A stretch of 64,000 bases of DNA. Source: a bacterium (GTDB lineage Bacteria; Patescibacteriota; Saccharimonadia; Saccharimonadales; UBA4665). The stretch is taken from assembly GCA_021811625.1 (NCBI GenBank), contig JAJZNU010000008.1, forward strand, positions 331-64,330, read 5' to 3'. The notes under the pieces were generated by a model. That model made no database searches, was not told where the DNA came from, and saw only the letters and a program-made list of their open reading frames with translations. A program made the position numbers and the translations under genes. Every line of letters starts with the position of its first letter. Within the stretch, counting starts at the first letter, position 1. Positions 49,034 through 57,116 of the stretch are shown here, piece after piece.

Positions 49034-49579
49034 ATGCAAGAAGAAAACAAGATCAAGACGTACGCTTTTATTGATAGTCAAAATTTAAATGTTAGCGTCC
49101 AAAAGTTCGGCTGGAAAATGGACTGGCGTAAATTCCGCCGCTTCCTCGCCGATAAATATGGTGTCGATAAGGCATTTATGTTTATTGGTTATCTTCCGGA
49201 GAACGAAAGTTTATACGAACAGATGCACGAATCAGGCTATATGGTGGTTCTTAAACCGACTTTCGATATCACTAGGCCCCGCCAAGAGGCGTCATCCGAA
49301 GCAGGAGAGGAAAAGAAGCCGGTAAAGGGAAACATCGATGCCGATCTAGTGCTTTGGGCGATGAAAGAGATGAGCAATTACCAAAAAGCCATCATTGTGT
49401 CGGGTGATGGGGATTTTTACAGTTTGGTCGAATATCTCGAAGGCAAGGGGAGGCTGGCTAACATTTTAGTTCCCAGCGGTCATTATTCTCAGCTCTATAA
49501 CGCTTACGAGAAATATATTATCAGGCTGGATAACTTCAAGAGACAGTTGGCCTATCACGACCGCAAAAAACGTTCGTAA
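49034..49579 (+). CDS. NYN-domain (LabA-like) putative ribonuclease
   Basis: The start is at ATG 49034, after GGAGA. Motifs are TYAFIDSQNLNVS, GNIDADLV and AIIVSGDGDFYSLVEYLEGKG. Confidence 0.78.
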   Translation: MQEENKIKTYAFIDSQNLNVSVQKFGWKMDWRKFRRFLADKYGVDKAFMFIGYLPENESLYEQMHESGYMVVLKPTFDITRPRQEASSEAGEEKKPVKGNIDADLVLWAMKEMSNYQKAIIVSGDGDFYSLVEYLEGKGRLANILVPSGHYSQLYNAYEKYIIRLDNFKRQLAYHDRKKRS

Positions 49580-49663
49580 CTGTCAGCCAGGGTAAAATTG
49601 ATATAAACGAGGCATAACTATCTGGCTTTGCGTATTCAGATGGCTATGGAATAATGGGGTTCA

Positions 49664-51421
49664 ATGAGACAGAGACAAGCTTTGAGGGTTATGCTAGACG
49701 GCGATTCGGTGTTTTTGACGGGACCGCCCGGTTCGGGGAAGACATACGTTCTGAATGAATACATCAGGTTGGCCGGTGGTCGCAAGAATATCGCTATTAC
49801 TGCTTCTACCGGCATTGCTGCGACGAATATTGGGGGTACGACAATACATTCCTGGTCAGGATTAGGAATTCGCGACCAGCTGACTTCCAGAGATCGGGAG
49901 TATCTCCTAAATGCGGAACATCTTGAAGCTCGGTACAAGGGCGCTGACGTGTTGGTTATAGATGAGGTATCGATGCTGCATGGGCACCGGCTCAATATGG
50001 TAAATGAAATGTGCAAACTAATGCGGGAAAATGATGCTCCCTTCGGAGGATTACAAGTGATCCTGGTTGGTGACTTGTTCCAGTTACCACCAGTCAGTCG
50101 CGGGACAGATGAAATGGACTTTGTACACAACTCCGATTCCTGGGCGGAGCTTAAACCAAAAATCTGTTATCTAAGCGAACAACATCGACAGGTGGGTGAC
50201 AGCTTACTGGACCTTTTGCAAGCCATGCGCGACGGGGAGATAAGTGATGAACAGGCCGCCGCGCTGGAAGCCAGACTACATACTAAACCCGACCCGACGA
50301 AAATCATCACCAGACTTTATGCGCACAACGTCGACGTCGATACCATTAACTATGAGAAGTTGTCTAAAGTTAGTGGTGAGGCTAAGGATTTTATAATGCA
50401 AACGAACGGTCGCCCGGCTAAGGTCAAGCAGCTCATCTCCAGTGTGCTCGCGCCGGAAACCCTGACTCTCAAAGTCGGTGCCGAGGTGATGTTTGTAGCG
50501 AATAATTATTCAAAGGGTTTTGTTAATGGTACCAGAGGCAAAGTAAGCGGTTTTCGGGATAACTTGCCGATCGTAACCCTGCAAGATGGTCGGCATTTAC
50601 GGGTCGACCCTCATAGCTGGACTATGCGTGAGGACGATGTAGTACTAGCGGAAGTAATCCAATTGCCACTTAGGTTAGCATGGGCCATAACGATTCATAA
50701 AAGCCAGGGAATGAGTCTGGATGCTGCTGAAATTGATCTAAGCAAAACGTTTACGAGTGGTATGGGATACGTGGCTCTAAGTCGAGTCCGTAGCATGGAC
50801 GGTGTGTATCTGGCTGGAATTAACCGTCTCGCTTTAACAATGCACGCTGACATATATGAATTTGATAGGTATTTGCAAAAAGAATCGGCAGTGTTGGAGC
50901 GGATCGTCATAGACGAACCGGAGGAGGAAGTGAAGACCATTAAATCTCCCAACGTCGAGAGCTCGGTTGACGACGATCTTCTTCAAAAACTTATAGCATG
51001 GCGCAAGCAACGATCTGTAACCGATCATGTTCCGGCATATATCGTCGCCCATAACAGTCTGCTGAAGGCCATTGCAAGCCATAGACCAACGAGCGCCATT
51101 GAACTTTTGGGCATAAAAGGTATATCTGATAAAAAATTTTCCAAATACGGTCCTGAACTGATGCAAATTTTGGGCATAAAGGACGAGGAAGAGATTACCT
51201 CCGCTGATAAATTATCTGCCAAGGGTCGTCAGTGGCGATACGGAGGAGACGACAAAGCTTGGAAAAGGGAAGATGAACGGAAGCTCCGGGATATGTTAGA
51301 GAAGCATGTCCCTCTGGAAGAAGTAGCTGAAGCCATGGGACGCCGACCAGAAGATTTGTGGTGGCATTTGAGCACTCAACTGTATCCGCTTGAAGAGAGT
51401 AGTAAAATAAAAAGAAGTTAA
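49664..51421 (+). CDS. PIF1/RecD-like SF1 helicase with C-terminal HRDC domain and extra helical tail
   Basis: Walker A LTGPPGSGKTY, VLVIDEVSML and ILVGDLFQLPPV (PIF1 signature region). These are followed by TIHKSQGMSLD, YVALSRVRS and an HRDC-like LIAWRKQRSVTDHVPAYIVAHNSLLKAIASHRP...GIKGISDKKFSKYGPELMQIL. Confidence 0.82.
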   Translation: MRQRQALRVMLDGDSVFLTGPPGSGKTYVLNEYIRLAGGRKNIAITASTGIAATNIGGTTIHSWSGLGIRDQLTSRDREYLLNAEHLEARYKGADVLVIDEVSMLHGHRLNMVNEMCKLMRENDAPFGGLQVILVGDLFQLPPVSRGTDEMDFVHNSDSWAELKPKICYLSEQHRQVGDSLLDLLQAMRDGEISDEQAAALEARLHTKPDPTKIITRLYAHNVDVDTINYEKLSKVSGEAKDFIMQTNGRPAKVKQLISSVLAPETLTLKVGAEVMFVANNYSKGFVNGTRGKVSGFRDNLPIVTLQDGRHLRVDPHSWTMREDDVVLAEVIQLPLRLAWAITIHKSQGMSLDAAEIDLSKTFTSGMGYVALSRVRSMDGVYLAGINRLALTMHADIYEFDRYLQKESAVLERIVIDEPEEEVKTIKSPNVESSVDDDLLQKLIAWRKQRSVTDHVPAYIVAHNSLLKAIASHRPTSAIELLGIKGISDKKFSKYGPELMQILGIKDEEEITSADKLSAKGRQWRYGGDDKAWKREDERKLRDMLEKHVPLEEVAEAMGRRPEDLWWHLSTQLYPLEESSKIKRS

Positions 51422-51437
51422 ACGGGAGGGAAGAGAT

Positions 51438-52070
51438 ATGAAGGTAACGAAATATCCGCAAAGCTGCTTACTTATAGAGGAAGAAGGAAGGCGGTTGTTG
51501 ATCGATCCGGGTTCATTTGTCTCCAAGCAGTTTACGGCCAATGATCTTCTGCCTGTTGACGCGATTTTAATAACTCACGAACATGCCGATCATCTGGACA
51601 GCTCACTTCTTAAATCTCTGACCGCACAGGGTAATATACCGGTTGTAGGTAATGCTTCTACTGCTGAAGCGCATGCCGGTGTGATAACAAAAGTCGTTAG
51701 TGACAGGGATAGTTTCGACGTTGCCGGATTTCATGTAACCGTCAGGGAGTTACCGCATTGTCTAATGCTGGACGGTTCGCCAGGACCCCAGAACAGCGGT
51801 TATGTTATTGATGGTGTTTTCTTTCATCCAGGAGACGGCATAAGCATAGATGATCTTCGCGTTGAGAACGCCGCGGTGCCAATTGCCGGTCCGGATGTTA
51901 GCCCTAAGGATATCTACGGATTTATTCGACAGCTAGGATGCAAGGCAGTAGTTCCTATTCACTACGATTATTTCCCTAATGATCCAAAATTCGTAGCGCA
52001 ATTACTACAAAGCATGAACGACGACGTCAAGGTGGTGGTTCTCGATAATGGACAGTCTACCGACATCTGA
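51438..52070 (+). CDS. Metallo-beta-lactamase-fold hydrolase
   Basis: ILITHEHADHLD (HxHxDH), 210 aa. The start lies 16 nt after the helicase stop. Confidence 0.83.
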   Translation: MKVTKYPQSCLLIEEEGRRLLIDPGSFVSKQFTANDLLPVDAILITHEHADHLDSSLLKSLTAQGNIPVVGNASTAEAHAGVITKVVSDRDSFDVAGFHVTVRELPHCLMLDGSPGPQNSGYVIDGVFFHPGDGISIDDLRVENAAVPIAGPDVSPKDIYGFIRQLGCKAVVPIHYDYFPNDPKFVAQLLQSMNDDVKVVVLDNGQSTDI

Positions 52071-52106
52071 TTCCTGTACCCGTGCCCCAAAACGATAGCT
52101 AGAGGC

Positions 52107-53732
52107 TTATTTAATGTATGGTAAGGTCGTGGTTGTCCCGGCTGGCGCTGAGGGTGTCGTAGAAGGGGATGTGGTCGTAGAGGTCGGCGAGGGCCCTTCA
52201 TTAAAAATAAATTGTCCATTATTGACGCTAACCGTCCAAGGCGTTTCGTTGCTGAACTGATATGCCTGCTCCTGGGTCGTCGCGTTACCAAATTCCAACC
52301 CATTGCGATCTTTTATGAATGCATTTTGAATAATACCATTAACATCTGTGGGTGGATAGATCAGTGCACCGCTTGAGACCTCGGTATCAACCGACTTGGA
52401 CGAGCTGAGAGGATAGAAATCTACAACGGTGCCTTCATCGGATGCATCGATTGCCGACACCATACCTGTGTTATTGTAGTATCCAAGCATCAGATCACCA
52501 TTTTGACCAACTGAGATAAGCGGGTTATCAATGACCAATGCATTATTAATACCCGGGCCGCCACCCTTACCTTGGTAAGTAACCACGGCCGTACCGCGGA
52601 CGATTGTCCGATTCAGATTGGGATTACTAAACTGAAGACCCGCCTGATAAACTGATTCGTAAACAGCTGTCCCCTCGCCAGGGATAGCTTGACTATTGGG
52701 GACTAAATTAATTACATCTGTAGATTTTGGCGCTTTAAAGTTAAATCCGCAAGCTGCCGCATATTTACTCCAGTCTACGCCAGGAAAATTAAGTCTCATC
52801 TCAGCAAGATAACCTTTAGGATCATAGTCAGGGAATGTAGTTCCTCCATACAGGTTACTGAAGCCCCAGAAGCCCGACAGCGTCCCAATTATTTTTGGCT
52901 TGCCATCCTCGATAACATAACCGCTTGAACCGCTGGCTCCAAAACTACACACCGAATCATCGATTTTAGATTCACGTTTTGGTATGGCAGTTACTACCAC
53001 ATCAATTGTTTCGCCATTGGTCATCGTGGTTGTCGTCTGACCTATGTAAGGCATAGCAAACTGCTGGGCGGTCAGGGAGTCTGGAGTGTTTTCTTCTTGG
53101 TTGATTGGCCATCCGCGCATGTAAACCATAGATTTCTCGGGTACTAGTTTATTAATCTCATCATCAGATAATCTTTCAGCCCGATAACTATTCACTACTT
53201 CTTGTTCGGTGGCTCCCACCAAAACACCTAAAGCGTGATCGCTATTAAGACCATTACCGACTATAACCTCTGTAAGCTGTCCGATTGGTGTCATATTTGT
53301 TTGAGAGGTCCCTGTTTCGGCGATTGGAGGTTGAACAAAATCGTAGGTTTGTCCATTAACAGTAGTTAAGGGCTCATTTACTCCTATACAGTGTTTAGCG
53401 AACGCCACCCCAACCGGAGGAGCAGTGAGATTGCCGTTCTTATGAATTAGAGTTCCCGAACAGCCGATGCCCTGCAGATAAACCGTATTCTCGTTGGCAA
53501 ACGTTTGAGCTACTGCGGGCAAGGGAAATTCCGAGGTCTGATTACCTATCTCGTTGCCCACTGCATATGGAGTCACTGTCGGTGATTCACCTAAGGCGGT
53601 AGCCGAGGCGGGGGCAGCGGACAGTTGCTCGGTAATGGATGTTGCACCGCCATTCAACGCTGCAATAGCGAGACCAACTCGCAGTGCTGCGTTGGCGACA
53701 GGATGTTGATGGTTTTGATAATTTTCAGACAT
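52107..53732 (-). CDS. Secreted chymotrypsin-fold (S1-like) serine peptidase with unknown C-terminal domain and Thr/Pro/Ser-rich tail
   Basis: Triad-like contexts are GCSGTLIHKNG...VAFAKHCIG (His), NSDHALGVLVG (Asp) and CSFGASGSSGYVI (Ser). The C-terminal ~240 aa has no motif I recognise, and the tail is SPTSTTTSPSTTPSAPAGTTTT. The N-terminal signal is weak. Confidence 0.55.
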   Translation of the reverse strand: MSENYQNHQHPVANAALRVGLAIAALNGGATSITEQLSAAPASATALGESPTVTPYAVGNEIGNQTSEFPLPAVAQTFANENTVYLQGIGCSGTLIHKNGNLTAPPVGVAFAKHCIGVNEPLTTVNGQTYDFVQPPIAETGTSQTNMTPIGQLTEVIVGNGLNSDHALGVLVGATEQEVVNSYRAERLSDDEINKLVPEKSMVYMRGWPINQEENTPDSLTAQQFAMPYIGQTTTTMTNGETIDVVVTAIPKRESKIDDSVCSFGASGSSGYVIEDGKPKIIGTLSGFWGFSNLYGGTTFPDYDPKGYLAEMRLNFPGVDWSKYAAACGFNFKAPKSTDVINLVPNSQAIPGEGTAVYESVYQAGLQFSNPNLNRTIVRGTAVVTYQGKGGGPGINNALVIDNPLISVGQNGDLMLGYYNNTGMVSAIDASDEGTVVDFYPLSSSKSVDTEVSSGALIYPPTDVNGIIQNAFIKDRNGLEFGNATTQEQAYQFSNETPWTVSVNNGQFIFNEGPSPTSTTTSPSTTPSAPAGTTTTLPYIK

Positions 53733-54182
53733 GGTTTTGTTTTATAGAATGAACGATATATATGATTAATGTAGCATACATTCGACAACCAGTCAATGCT
53801 ACAGTCTTATGCTCTCTCATAATTTTCGTTAATGCGCGAGGGACATTACATAAATAATTACGCTATGATATACGTCGCAGAATTCATCACGCCGGATTTA
53901 TCAAGAAACCATTTATCGAGTTAAGGCCTAAAAGAGTTCTATAGCTTAATCCACAATTTTGTCGATAAAAGTAATCTCGCTGTCGTATCGCGAGACTGTA
54001 AAAAAGACATATGTCTTGAATACAGATGTAATGGCAATTTTAGTAGCTTGGCAACCAAGGTCCATAAATAAATAGGTTCTTGCCCAGCAATTCTCCTAAT
54101 AGGATAATGAGACAGCAGTATAAACAACCTCACTATGGTCGTGGACAGGAGAGCAGCTACAGGGGTGATGATAAACATAAGC

Positions 54183-54211
54183 TTGACATAGCAGCCATAA
54201 TTTGCTAATGT
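54183..54211 (+). promoter_or_regulatory. sigma70-like promoter, probably giving a leaderless transcript of the 54219 gene
   Basis: Perfect TTGACA (54183-54188), a 17-nt spacer, then TAATGT (54206-54211). The ATG lies 7 nt after the -10 box, and there is no SD. Confidence 0.45.
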
Positions 54212-54218
54212 ATATGTC

Positions 54219-54680
54219 ATGACAAATGAAAAGCCACACGACAACCGCGAACACGAACGACGCAATCGCCTTAAACGAGTTGTTGCGTCAGCCGCTGGTT
54301 TGGTAGCACTTTCAGGAATTGGTCTTTACGTATCACGTCCATCCTTACCAGAAAAAAACCAAGTAGTTAATGTTGCCGAACTTCCACAAAATAATCAGAA
54401 GGCGAACGTTGAAGTGACCCTAAAAAATGGAGAAGGAATAAGTAACGCTATATTTGACTTGGCTGTAGCGGAAGGTTTGAATGCCTATAAAGGGAACGTT
54501 ATAAACGCGATTAACCATGATTCTCATGAAATAGCTAGTGCTGTTTCGCAGGCTCCTGGAGGTGAAGTAGAGGCTGGAACAAAAATAGATCTAAGAACCG
54601 ATCATCCTATAATTCCTAAAGACTTAGAAATTGCTACACGACAGGATCCGAACATCTCGATCCAACAACTCGATTCTTAG
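54219..54680 (+). CDS. Small membrane-anchored protein, unknown function
   Basis: Basic N-terminus, one TM (VVASAAGLVALSGIGLYV) and an extracytoplasmic part of about 110 aa. It is divergent from the S1-like peptidase gene. Confidence 0.45.
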   Translation: MTNEKPHDNREHERRNRLKRVVASAAGLVALSGIGLYVSRPSLPEKNQVVNVAELPQNNQKANVEVTLKNGEGISNAIFDLAVAEGLNAYKGNVINAINHDSHEIASAVSQAPGGEVEAGTKIDLRTDHPIIPKDLEIATRQDPNISIQQLDS

Positions 54681-54715
54681 TAGCGCCTCGAACTGTCTAG
54701 TGAACACCACATATT

Positions 54716-54832
54716 GTGGGTCTGTGGATTAAATTATATAACTGTGGATAAGTGGTGTGCATAACACCACCTATTTTATTAAAATACACTTGTATGTGGG
54801 TGGCAGTGGGTAGTATATTCATGGTAGTGGGT
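54716..54832 (+). promoter_or_regulatory. Array of direct GTGG(G/A/T) repeats upstream of mraZ (candidate MraZ operator over the dcw promoter)
   Basis: GTGGGT occurs at 54716, 54796, 54806 and 54827. The last three are spaced by 10 and 21 nt, which is helical phasing. GTGGA occurs at 54724 and 54744, and GTGGT at 54752. A candidate promoter is TTGTAT (54790-54795) with TATATT (54814-54819), and two GTGGGT boxes lie in its spacer. Confidence 0.45.
54738..54753 (+). repeat. 16-mer ATAACTGTGGATAAGT (contains a perfect DnaA-box complement TGTGGATAA), copy 1
   Basis: Identical at 15 of 16 positions to 63543-63558 (ATAACTGTGGAAAAGT). Confidence 0.6.
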
Positions 54833-54903
54833 AAATGTAGGTAGCCCAAAATAGACTGCCTATCACAAAAACAAAAATCCACTAGTAAATTTAAATAAAC
54901 CAT

Positions 54904-55269
54904 ATGACACAGGTGGACTACTTTCAGCGAAAGCTCGATGACAAACGGCGGTTAACAATACCGACTGAGCTTCGAGATAAATTCGCCAGCGGAGCGGTTA
55001 TCACCCGTGGTTTTGGTAAATACCTCCATCTTTACCCGAAGGATGTCTGGGATAACCTCGTTGAGCCAAGACTTGACGGCGATATCCTGGATGAACGGAT
55101 TGCCGATCTGAATGTCCAGTTTAGGACAGGCAAGAGCGAGCAAGCCCCCGACGGGAAGCAAGGACGCATTATGCTGGAACAACATTTGTTGGACTATGCG
55201 GGCATCGATCGTCAGGTGACCGCGGTCAGCGTCGGTAGGTATTGGCGACTTTCATCCACCGAGCCCTAA
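54904..55269 (+). CDS. mraZ: Transcriptional regulator MraZ
   Basis: Two SpoVT/AbrB-like halves carry the DxxxR motif (LDDKRRLTIP and PDGKQGRIML). It is the first gene of the dcw cluster. Confidence 0.9.
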   Translation: MTQVDYFQRKLDDKRRLTIPTELRDKFASGAVITRGFGKYLHLYPKDVWDNLVEPRLDGDILDERIADLNVQFRTGKSEQAPDGKQGRIMLEQHLLDYAGIDRQVTAVSVGRYWRLSSTEP

Positions 55270-55672
55270 AAGGCTGTTGCTCGGCTAGGAAGCTCTTTAA
55301 CAATCCGGGGACCAATTAGCAAAAACGACAAACGACTCGAGATTAGCTAATCGGCAGTCAACAAGTGGATCCAAGGATAACCACTTCTAAAAACCTTCGC
55401 TCTTTACTCAAAAAACACCTCCCAAAACTCCACCTCACACATAAGTCTCTCAAATCTTTGGTTTTGGCCAGTGTGGAAGATTCAAGATTTTCTTAAAAAC
55501 AAATCTAACCGTAAATCTTCAACACATCCACGGCAAAAACCATACACAAAAACAAAAATTTTTTAAAAACAAAAAGTTGGCTGCTGATTAGGTGACCTTG
55601 TACAGCGAGGATCGAGTTGTAATTAAAAAAGTTATATATTCGATCTAAACAAAAAATAAAAACAAGATAGAC

Positions 55673-56569
55673 ATGGATCGAAAAAACCAAAACAAAGACA
55701 AACATACGCCGGTTCTACTAACAAAAGTCCTCCAAGTGCTTGATCCTAAGAAAGGGGAAACATATCTCGATCTGACGGCAGGCTATGGAGGGCATGCAAT
55801 GGCGGTAACTCAACTAACGCGTAACTATAAAGGTTGCGTTCTAGTTGACCGCGACATTGAAGCCGTAAAATCGCTTCAAACACTCTTCCAAGACAAGGGC
55901 GCCAGAATCATACATAGTGATTTTTTAAGCGCCAGTGAATCCTTGCAAGGAGAAGGGCAGCAGTTTGATCTTGTATTGGCGGATTTGGGCGTGTCGTCAC
56001 CGCACCTTGATAAAGCGAGTCGTGGTTTTAGTTTTGCTAAAGACGGACCCCTTGACATGCGCATGGATCAGACGCAGGCTCTTAGCGCCCATACTATAGT
56101 TAATAGCTATAGCGAAGCACTATTGAGCGATCTGATTCTACGGTATGGTGAGGAACCAAAAGCCAGGCAAATTGCCCGGCGGATCGTGGTGTCTCGTCCC
56201 ATCGAAACTACTGCCCAGCTTGCAACAATTGTCGCCAAAGCTTGGCCGGGACACAGTAAGGTCCACCCGGCAACCCGAACGTTCCAAGCGCTTAGGATTG
56301 CCGTCAATAACGAACTGGAATTACTGCGACTAAGTTTGCCGATCTGGAAAGATCTGCTAAAACCAGGCGGACGAATGGTAATAATTAGTTTTCATAGTTT
56401 AGAGGATCGTCTGGTTAAGCAATTTCTCAAAGAGCATAGTGGCAACAACTACGATGCCGAGTTGAGACTAATCGGTAAACAACCGGCCATTGGCGACAGC
56501 CAAGAGATTGCATTAAATCCGCGCGCTCGAAGTGCAAAGCTTAGAGCCGCCGTGAAAATAAAAACATAA
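55673..56569 (+). CDS. rsmH: 16S rRNA (cytosine1402-N4)-methyltransferase RsmH/MraW
   Basis: HTPVLLTKVL...YLDLTAGYGGHA, ADLGVSSPHLD, GPLDMRMD and ISFHSLEDRLVK. Confidence 0.95.
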   Translation: MDRKNQNKDKHTPVLLTKVLQVLDPKKGETYLDLTAGYGGHAMAVTQLTRNYKGCVLVDRDIEAVKSLQTLFQDKGARIIHSDFLSASESLQGEGQQFDLVLADLGVSSPHLDKASRGFSFAKDGPLDMRMDQTQALSAHTIVNSYSEALLSDLILRYGEEPKARQIARRIVVSRPIETTAQLATIVAKAWPGHSKVHPATRTFQALRIAVNNELELLRLSLPIWKDLLKPGGRMVIISFHSLEDRLVKQFLKEHSGNNYDAELRLIGKQPAIGDSQEIALNPRARSAKLRAAVKIKT

Positions 56570-56664
56570 AAAGAAAGGGAACCGCTCATGCCAATCAAGG
56601 TAAGAAGCAGCTCCCAAACCTATAGAGTTCGCGTCCGAGTGACGTGACCCTATAGCAATGGTGG

Positions 56665-56712
56665 TTCAGGCGACGCTTAAGCTCCAGAGCTTTAAGCGTC
56701 CCCGGACCTGAA
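56665..56712 (+). other. Extended stem-loop in the rsmH-ftsL spacer
   Basis: GACGCTTAA (56672-56680) pairs with TTAAGCGTC (56692-56700), and GCT pairs with AGC around a CCAG loop. The outer pairing is TTCAGG (56665-56670) with CCTGAA (56707-56712). No U-tract follows on either strand. Confidence 0.45.
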
Positions 56713-56744
56713 AATAAATACAAATATAAAAAGACAAGGACAAA

Positions 56745-57095
56745 ATGACATACTCAAGCTCACTAGCTATTGGACGTCGCCAGGCTTTTTCGGGACGTCA
56801 TCAAAATGCGGTCAGCTTCCAGAGAACAGATCGTCGTCTGGGGCCGATCAGCAATACAATTATTCTCGTGGTTTTGGCCTGCCTTCTAGGCTTGCTTTAC
56901 CTGACCCAAGTTACCAAAACTAACGCCTACGGTTATCAGATAAATAATCTGCAACAACAACAGACCTCTCTGCAACAGCAAAATGATAGCCTAGAAGTAA
57001 CTTCGGCTAATCTACAATCGACCTCTCGAATTCAGAACAGTACGGTTGCCAAATCCATGGTAGCTGTAACCCCCAGCGGCACCGTTACTCAGTAG
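56745..57095 (+). CDS. ftsL: Cell-division protein FtsL-like (bitopic, coiled coil)
   Basis: 116 aa with a single TM (IILVVLACLLGLLYL), then a Gln/Leu-rich coiled coil. It sits between rsmH and ftsI. Confidence 0.6.
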   Translation: MTYSSSLAIGRRQAFSGRHQNAVSFQRTDRRLGPISNTIILVVLACLLGLLYLTQVTKTNAYGYQINNLQQQQTSLQQQNDSLEVTSANLQSTSRIQNSTVAKSMVAVTPSGTVTQ

Positions 57096-57116
57096 AAGAG
57101 TTATAATGTAGTACTA

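Noticed and set aside
53939-54265. A 108-aa minus-strand ORF lies in the AT-rich spacer. The 68-aa (54697-54903) and 66-aa (55505-55705) minus-strand ORFs are similar.
   Set aside because: These are low-complexity Phe/Leu/Ile-rich translations of AT-rich or A-rich non-coding DNA. They overlap promoter and operator repeats or the start of the neighbouring gene, and have no recognisable motifs.
55320-55440. The stretch GCAAAAACGACAAACGAC...TAA, followed by CTCCACC, briefly resembled a tmRNA tag region and 3' end.
   Set aside because: There is no tRNA-like acceptor or T-arm (no GGTTCGA-type T-loop and no 5' GGGG...). The supposed tag frame encodes no plausible degradation tag.
54697-55672. I considered whether the DnaA boxes and AT-rich DNA around mraZ mark a chromosomal replication origin.
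   Set aside because: Gene orientation is predominantly plus-strand on both sides, so there is no leading-strand switch. No dnaA or dnaN is adjacent. The GTGG repeats are equally well explained as an MraZ operator. parAB at the very start of the window suggests the origin lies upstream of nt 1. GC-skew analysis would be needed to settle this.
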